A DNA stretch of 64,000 bases. Source: Squalus acanthias (lineage: Eukaryota). The stretch covers positions 64,420,001 through 64,484,000 of the forward strand of contig CM059438.1 in assembly GCA_030390025.1 (NCBI GenBank), written 5' to 3'. This document shows, piece after piece, positions 60,880 to 64,000 of the stretch. The number at the start of each line of letters is the position of its first letter. Within the stretch, counting starts at the first letter, position 1. The notes below the pieces were generated by a model that did not search any database, was not told the DNA's origin, and worked only from the letters and a program-made list of their open reading frames with translations. A program made the position numbers and the translations under genes.

Positions 60880-61110
60880 GAGAGTTCGCCTGGTCTTAGG
60901 CCAACATTTATCCCTCAACCAACACCACCAAAAAAAACAGGTTATCTTGTCATTTATCGCATTGCTGTTTGTGGGATCTTGCTGTGCACAAATTGGCTGC
61001 CGCGTTTTCCTGCATTACAACAGTGACTGCTTTTCAGAAAAAAAGTACCTAATTCATTGTGAAGCACTTTGGGATATTATGAGAACGTGAAAGGCGCCAT
61101 ATAATGTAAA
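60880..61110 (+). mobile_element. DeuSINE 3' fragment
   Basis: GGCCAACATTTATCCCTCAACC...TTGCTGTTTGTGGGATCTTGCTGTG. Confidence 0.8.
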
Positions 61111-62287
61111 TTTAGATAACGCCTTACTGTTATCACGCCTTTATTATTATATTATTGTGCTTATTCTAAATACCTTAGCCCCGAATTTCCTCGAGGGTTC
61201 TTCTGGACTCCAGATGTAACTCCCACTGGAAAAAGGCAGGGACCAGGTTATGTCAGGGCCCCAGTGATACTGGAATTTCTCAGTCAGCCTTGTAAGATGG
61301 GATCCTTTGCCGGCCCGTTATAAGGCCAGTGATGCCAAGGGAGCAGAGTCGGGGTGGCGTCTGCCTGCAATAGGAGTTCCTGCATGCCTGGCTCAGATGG
61401 GACCTGAGGAGGCTGGCTATGCCAAGTGAGATGAGGAGTACCGGCTTCCAGCTGGGTCCAAGTAGGCCCCACTGTGGGGGAGGGCGAACAGTCTAGGCCA
61501 GGAAAGCAGCTTGGGCCTCTGAACGACAAGTAACTTTTTTCATTTAAAACATTGATTGGTCCCCCTGCATCGGGGAGGCAAAGGGGTAATGTCATAATGT
61601 CTCAATGAGTGTGAGGGGAGAGGGCCTGGGCCAACTACCCCTTCCCACCCCCCTCCCCTGGTGATGGGCAGGCTCCAGATTTTCTGACAGCATGGGGAAT
61701 GTTAGGAATGTAAATTTTGTGCGTGTAAGGTAAGGCTGAATTCTTGGAGATGAAGTTAAACACTTGCCTTTTATTAAAAGTTGAACGTTACATACGGCCA
61801 ACACCGAGGATGCAAAGGATGATTTGCCACAGAAGATACACACATTACAGTCGGGTGAGCTCAACCCTCCAGATGCCTGCCTTCTTCACCTCCCAACCTC
61901 ACGTTACAATGGCCTTGCTTTTAAGCTCAGCTATAAGGCCATTACCAAACCTCCTCCGTGACCTTCACTCTTGGTTCTACATTGGGGATTATTAGCTCAA
62001 CACACCAAAAACTCAAAAAGGCTCCATAGCACGGACACAATAGAAATGACCTTATCTATAGACTTGTACAGAGCACAATAAACATATAAAGATGTATCCA
62101 TGAGAAGATTAGAACTATCCAAGGTTATTTTATATGATGACAGTTACAGCCTTACAGATTTGTTGACATTCCACAGATATGCCTGTCAGCTACATCTGCA
62201 GATATTAACTACATAACTAATAAAACCAAAGCAATGTAAGAGAGTCTTTCGTGTAAAGTGGATTTCTTAACTATTTCCTCAATCTTA

Positions 62288-63054
62288 GGGAGAGAAATTC
62301 GGCATGTTAGCGCCCCCAGTTAGCACCTGGCGGGGGCGCTAACGGGGCGCCCAGGCATTAGCGCCAAGGCAGGGCGAATCCCGCGCCGCACGGGCAAATT
62401 TGCCGGCCCCATAGCGCCGGTGATAACAGTTAGCACCTCGGCACCTTTCGTCATGCAGATTGTGACGTCACTGAGCGTGCAACGCTCACTGGGCGCCCGA
62501 TCTGCAAACTTCAGTAGCACCCCCCGCCTTACCGCCTCACGCCAATAGCGCCAGGGAGCGGAGGCGTGAACCAGCCGGCTGGCGGCTGGCGGGGCGCTGC
62601 TTAAAGGGATGCACCCCAGCTGTCAAGGAACTTACGTTCCAAAGGTCAGTTATGAGTGGCAGAGAGCGCAGGATGTATCTGCAGCCAAATAAAGGCTGCT
62701 TAGTCCCCGGAGTGTTGCGGGCCGTCAAAGGACTTTGCATTTCAGCCCACAGCATATCGCCGTTCTGCGCTCCCCGAATCAGTGGGGGCTGGTGCGCAGA
62801 CTCCAGTGACCCTCCCCTTTAATGGCTGCAAGGCGCCTTCACCAATGCTCACTCCCGATTACACAACACCTCATATTCCTTATCGCTTGGAGCCTAACGC
62901 CACTCACCTATGCCATTAGCCCCTGATTTAGCGCTCGCCTGCATCCTTTGAGCGCCGAGACTGAATTTAGCAGAAATTGATTAGCGCCTGGGGCTCAACT
63001 TCCAACTTCTCAAGAGTTAGCGCTCTAAACGGGGCGGTTCCGAATTTCTAGCCC
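62288..63054. mobile_element. PIF/Harbinger MITE, CpG-rich
   Basis: TIR GGGAGAGAAATTCGG / CCGAATTTCTAGCCC; TSD TTA; many TAGCGC(C) subterminal motifs. Confidence 0.88.
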
Positions 63055-63284
63055 TTAATCTCTAGGGGGCGATGGAGATGTGCCCATGGTGGCGCGGGCG
63101 CCCACTGGATCCATGTACATCAGGTGCGCTCCTACTCAAACCACAAAATCCAGACTGATCAGAGGCTGAGGGCTTGAACAGACTTGATCCTGGCATAACC
63201 GTTGGGATTTATGGGGCTGTTTTCTACTACAGGCCTTCAAACCAATATCATTTTGACTCTGCTTAAATTACTGGGACCAATTTC

Positions 63285-63977
63285 CAACAATAACTTGTAT
63301 TTATATAGCGCCTTTAATGTAGTAAAATGTCCTAAGGCACTTCATAGGAGTGTTATAAAACAAAATTTGACACCAAGCCACATGAGATATTCGGGAAGAT
63401 GTCTAAAAGCTTGGTCAAAGAGGTAGGTTTTAAGGAGCATCTTACAGGAAGAAAGAGAAGTAGAGAGGCAAAGAGGTTTAGGGAGGGAATTCCAGAGCTT
63501 GGGGCCTTGACAGCTGAAGGCAGGGCCGCCAATGGTGGAGTGATTAAAATCGGGGATGTGCAACCAGTCTGTTTGTTCCATCACGAAGACTGCCTACTTC
63601 CACCTTTGTAATATCACCTGTCTCCACCCCTGCCTCAGCCAATCTGCTGCTGAAACATTCATCTGTGCTTTTGGTACCTCCAGACTCGACTATTCCAATG
63701 CTCTCCCAGTCGGCCTCCTATCTTCCACCCTCCATAAGCTTGAGCCCATCCAAAAATCTGCTGTCCGTATCCTAATTTGCACCAAGTCCCGTTCACCTTT
63801 TACCCCTGTGCTCACTGACCTACATTGGCTCCTGGTCCGGCAATGCCTCAATTTTAAAATTCTCATTCTCATGTTCAAATCCATCCATTGCCTTGCCCCT
63901 CCATATCTCTGTAATCCCCCCAAGCCCTACAACTCCCCAAGAACTCTGTGCTCCTCGAATTTATGGCCTCTTGCGCA
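63285..63977. mobile_element. L2 LINE 3' fragment with inverted 5' segment (- 63285-63563, + about 63575-63977)
   Basis: Minus: HSTIGGPAFSCQGPKLWNSLP...LKTYLF plus tail; plus: SRLDYSNALP...IQKSAVRIL...DLHWL. Confidence 0.85.
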
Positions 63978-64000
63978 GGGCCAATTTTCATCTCTCTACC

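Overview
Repeat-saturated vertebrate DNA, most likely from a cartilaginous fish (shark), judged from DeuSINE/SacSINE1-type SINEs, CR1/L2 LINE families and Penelope-type tails. I found no host protein-coding exon I can support, so this looks intergenic or deep intronic, and most listed ORFs are transposon fragments or their antisense frames. Main content: (1) a PIF/Harbinger system: one structurally complete 4.2-kb two-gene element (spliced Myb/SANT-like gene convergent with a DDE transposase, TTT target duplication), an internally deleted relative, a transposase pseudogene with an in-frame 21x15-bp repeat expansion, and about ten MITEs with related GGGCTGGATTTT-type ends; (2) a 1.2-kb gag-only LTR element with a tRNA-Trp PBS and an open gag frame; (3) solo LTRs with 4-bp TSDs; (4) three near-identical young CR1 copies carrying a doubled 3' UTR; (5) two LINE insertions with inverted 5' segments; (6) Penelope-type repeats with minimal hammerhead ribozyme motifs. 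All calls come from reading the sequence by eye; no alignment or database search was run, and boundaries of old repeats are approximate.
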